Positions 61,178 to 64,000 of a stretch of 64,000 bases of DNA are shown here, piece after piece (within the stretch, counting starts at the first letter, position 1; each line of letters starts with the position of its first letter). The translations under genes were made by a program, and so were the position numbers. This DNA is from Chiloscyllium plagiosum (taxonomy: Eukaryota), in NCBI RefSeq assembly GCF_004010195.1, contig NC_057712.1, forward strand, positions 93,986,256 to 94,050,255, written 5' to 3'. The notes beneath the pieces are model-generated. The model was not told where the DNA came from. It was given only the letters and a program-made list of their open reading frames with translations, and searched no databases.

Positions 61178-63737
61178 AAGATCACCCCTCATCCTCCGAC
61201 ACTCCAGGGAAAACAGCCCCAGCCTATACAACCTCTCGCTATAGCTCAAATCCTCCAACCTTGGCAACATGCTTGTAAATTTTTTCTGAACCCTTTCAAG
61301 TTTCACAACATCATTCTTGGAGGAGGGAGACCAGAATTGCACACAATATTCCAAAAGTGGCCTAACCAATGTCCTGTACATGATGACCTCCCAACTCCTA
61401 TATTCAATATTCTGACCAAGAAAAGAAAGCATACCACACGCTTTCTTCACTATCCTATCTTCCTGCGACTCTACTTTCAAGGAGCTATGAACCTGTATGC
61501 CAAGGTCTCTTTGTTCCATCCCTAGGACCTTACCATCAAGTGTATAAGTCCTGCTAAGATTTGCTTTCCCACAATGCAACACTTCGCATTTATCTGAATT
61601 AAACTCCATCTGCCACTTCTCAGCCCATTGACCCATCTGGTCCAAATCCTGTTGTAATCTGAGGTAACCCTCTTCTTTGTCCACTACACCTCCATCTTTG
61701 GTGTAATCTGCAAACTTATTAACTATACCACCTATGTTCACATCCAGATCATTTATATAAATGATGAAAAGTCGTGGACCCAGCACTGATCCTTGTGGCA
61801 CTCTACTGGTCACAGGCTTCCAGTCTGAAAAACAACCCTCCAGTACCACTCTATGCTTTCTATCTTTGAGCCAATTCTGTACCCAAATGGCTAGTTCTCC
61901 CTGTATTCCATGAGATCTAACCTTGCTAACCAGTCTGCCATGGGGAACCTTGTTGATTGCCTTACTGAAGTCCATACAAATCATGTTCACTGCTCTGCCC
62001 TCATCAATCCTCTTTGTTACTTCTTCCAAAAACTCAATCAAGTTTGTGAGACATGATTTCCCACGCACAAAGCCATGTTGACTATCCCTAATCAGGCCTT
62101 GCCTTTCCAAATACATGTGAATCCTGTCCTCAGGATTTCCTCCAACAACTTGCCCACCACCAGTCTATAGTTCCCTGGCTTTTCCTTACTGCCTTTCTGT
62201 AATAGTGGCACCATTTTAGCCAACCTCCAGTCTGATGGCACCTCACCTGTGACTATTCATGATACAAATATCTCAACAAGGAGCCCAGCAATCACTTCCC
62301 TAGCTTGCCACAGAGTTGTAGGGTACACCTGATCAGGTCCTGGGGATTTTTCCACCTTTATGTGCCCCTTAATGATGTCCTGTTTCTTTCTTCGCCTTAA
62401 TATTAATTTGTTGTTTGTTTTACTGTTTTCTTTTGTCACTTCTTCCTTTTTTATGAATAAACTATTGCTTTAGAATTGATGTGATTGTTGGTGTCACCAT
62501 GTTATTTGGTAACTTTGGCCTCATCAATTATATCATTAATGGCATTAATAGCATCACAGTTAAACGCTTGTACAGGAATTGAAATGTAACACAAAAGGTA
62601 TTAGAGCAGTCTGACTCATGTTGCAACAGATAGTGCAGAAGACTTTCAACTTGAGAACTATTCAGTGACAATGTCCTCTTTTAAAAATAAAAGTATGTCA
62701 CATTGAGTTACAAGAGCTCAGCAGAATTCAACAAAGCTGCTATTAAAATGACAATTCCAATAACTGAACCTCTAATTGCTTGGTGGAACAGGACGTAAAC
62801 ATTGCCAAAGACATTTTGCATTCAATAGGAAACGACAAGGCTTGAGAAAAAGTACACCAATTTATACATCATGCTAAATTAAAAGAAAGAACTGCAGATG
62901 CTGGAAATCTGAAATAAAAACATATATTGTTTTTCTTGGTGGCAGAAAATTTCACAGGCTCACCACCCTCTGGCTGAAGAAATTCTCCTTATCTCAGTCA
63001 TAAGTAACCTGTCCTGAATCCTTATATTGTGTCCCCTAGTTCTGGAATGAATGAACAAAGGGAATAGGCAATAAATGAAGTAATGTAAACCTACTTCCAT
63101 TTCAAAATTCCTGTAATACATTCTTGCCAGAAGTAGTAAAATAGTTGCTAGGGATCAATTTCCCCCAGGCTTTGGTATGCTGAAGTACATACCTGGAACC
63201 TGCACTTGCCAGTGGCAAGATGAGCTGAGCAGGAATGACTCAAATGTAGGCCCATCATGTTCATCATCCTTGAAGATGCCTCTCCAACCAGAAGTCAAAA
63301 ACTCTGGAGCCTCATTAGCCTACCAGGACAGGTTAGCACTGCTTAGTGTCCATGAGTCTACCTCAGCATGGAGGCAGATTTGCTGGCCTGCACAACTGTG
63401 AAGAGATACATAAAATCTAAGTCAACAAGTCCATGGGGATGGAAGGCGTAACCTGCCCATTGGATTGGACTCATCCAAGGTTGCAGTCCTTCATACTGGC
63501 TCCTTTGTCAATGACACGTGATGACTTCCCCTCCAGCCTGCCACAGGTAGACAGTTTCTCTAATGGCAGCCCACTTGTGCCAAAATACCAACAAGGATGT
63601 GCAATAGGGTGATCGCCTCCATGGAATAAGAATCTGATCTAATTCCCAGCCCATCTCTACAAAAGTTCAGTCATGAAGCGTTAATCATCTGAGAGAAGGA
63701 ATCGTTCTCAGAGCACTTTACAGACGCTTCAATAGCT

Positions 63738-63821
63738 GCTCCTTGGATGCTGCCTGAACTGCTGTGCTCTCCCAGCACCACTAATCCTGGTTTCCAGCAT
63801 CTGCAGTCATTGTTTTTACCT
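63738..63821 (+). mobile_element. 84-bp PLE 3' terminus insertion (family B)
   Basis: 13-bp TSD cgcttcaatagct (63725-63737, 63822-63834); matches the reverse complement of 38183-38232. Confidence 0.88.
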
Positions 63822-64000
63822 CGCTTCAATAGCTACCAGTAATGAGGGCACATCAGCTGAATAGGCCAGTGGGCCCACTACGGGACTCAGACTTTTCAGA
63901 ACAATAGAGCATCACAAAGAGCCTCAATCCTACATGAAAGTTGCAATGTGTAAACACTTTCAACACAAGGCAGTGGGATAAAGATTGGAAGACAAAATTT

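Larger units (their letters stand above)
60371..62365 (-). mobile_element. CR1 (HER1-like) LINE with a 316-aa RT frame; hosts two nested insertions
   Basis: ORF 61166-62116 (QHGFVRGKSCLTNL..DFSKA..VPH..VPQGSVLGP..KFADYTK) has the catalytic ADD changed to ADY; tail (agagtcat)n at 60371. Confidence 0.95.

Noticed and set aside
61166-62116. 316-aa RT ORF as an active or domesticated gene
   Set aside because: It is 5'-truncated, the catalytic ADD is changed to ADY, there are small deletions, and a SINE cuts the C-terminus.

Overview
Vertebrate, very probably elasmobranch (shark) genomic DNA. It carries HE1-type V-SINEs, HER1/CR1-type LINEs and Meta/Deu-type SINE remnants, and has three N gaps. 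No recognisable host protein-coding gene, rRNA, tRNA or CRISPR array was found; most six-frame ORFs are decayed transposon frames or chance. The window is a layered transposon graveyard: about 15 CR1 fragments, two copies of another LINE family, L2 remnants, six HE1 SINEs, a decayed Gypsy element with its 3' LTR, a probable ERV solo LTR, a Harbinger transposase fossil, a Tigger-like MITE and many Penelope-like element (PLE) pieces. The most interesting signal is a set of short PLE-terminus insertions, mostly fold-back (palindromic) and flanked by target-site duplications, from about four families. Several carry minimal hammerhead-ribozyme cores (CUGAUGA-A-stem II-GAA-palindromic AGCU/ACGU), one of which (52467-52501) looks intact. 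Their inversion points often fall at or beside the ribozyme. A few splice-site-bounded unique segments hint at an unannotated spliced transcript on the minus strand. All family assignments come from motif recognition, not database searches.
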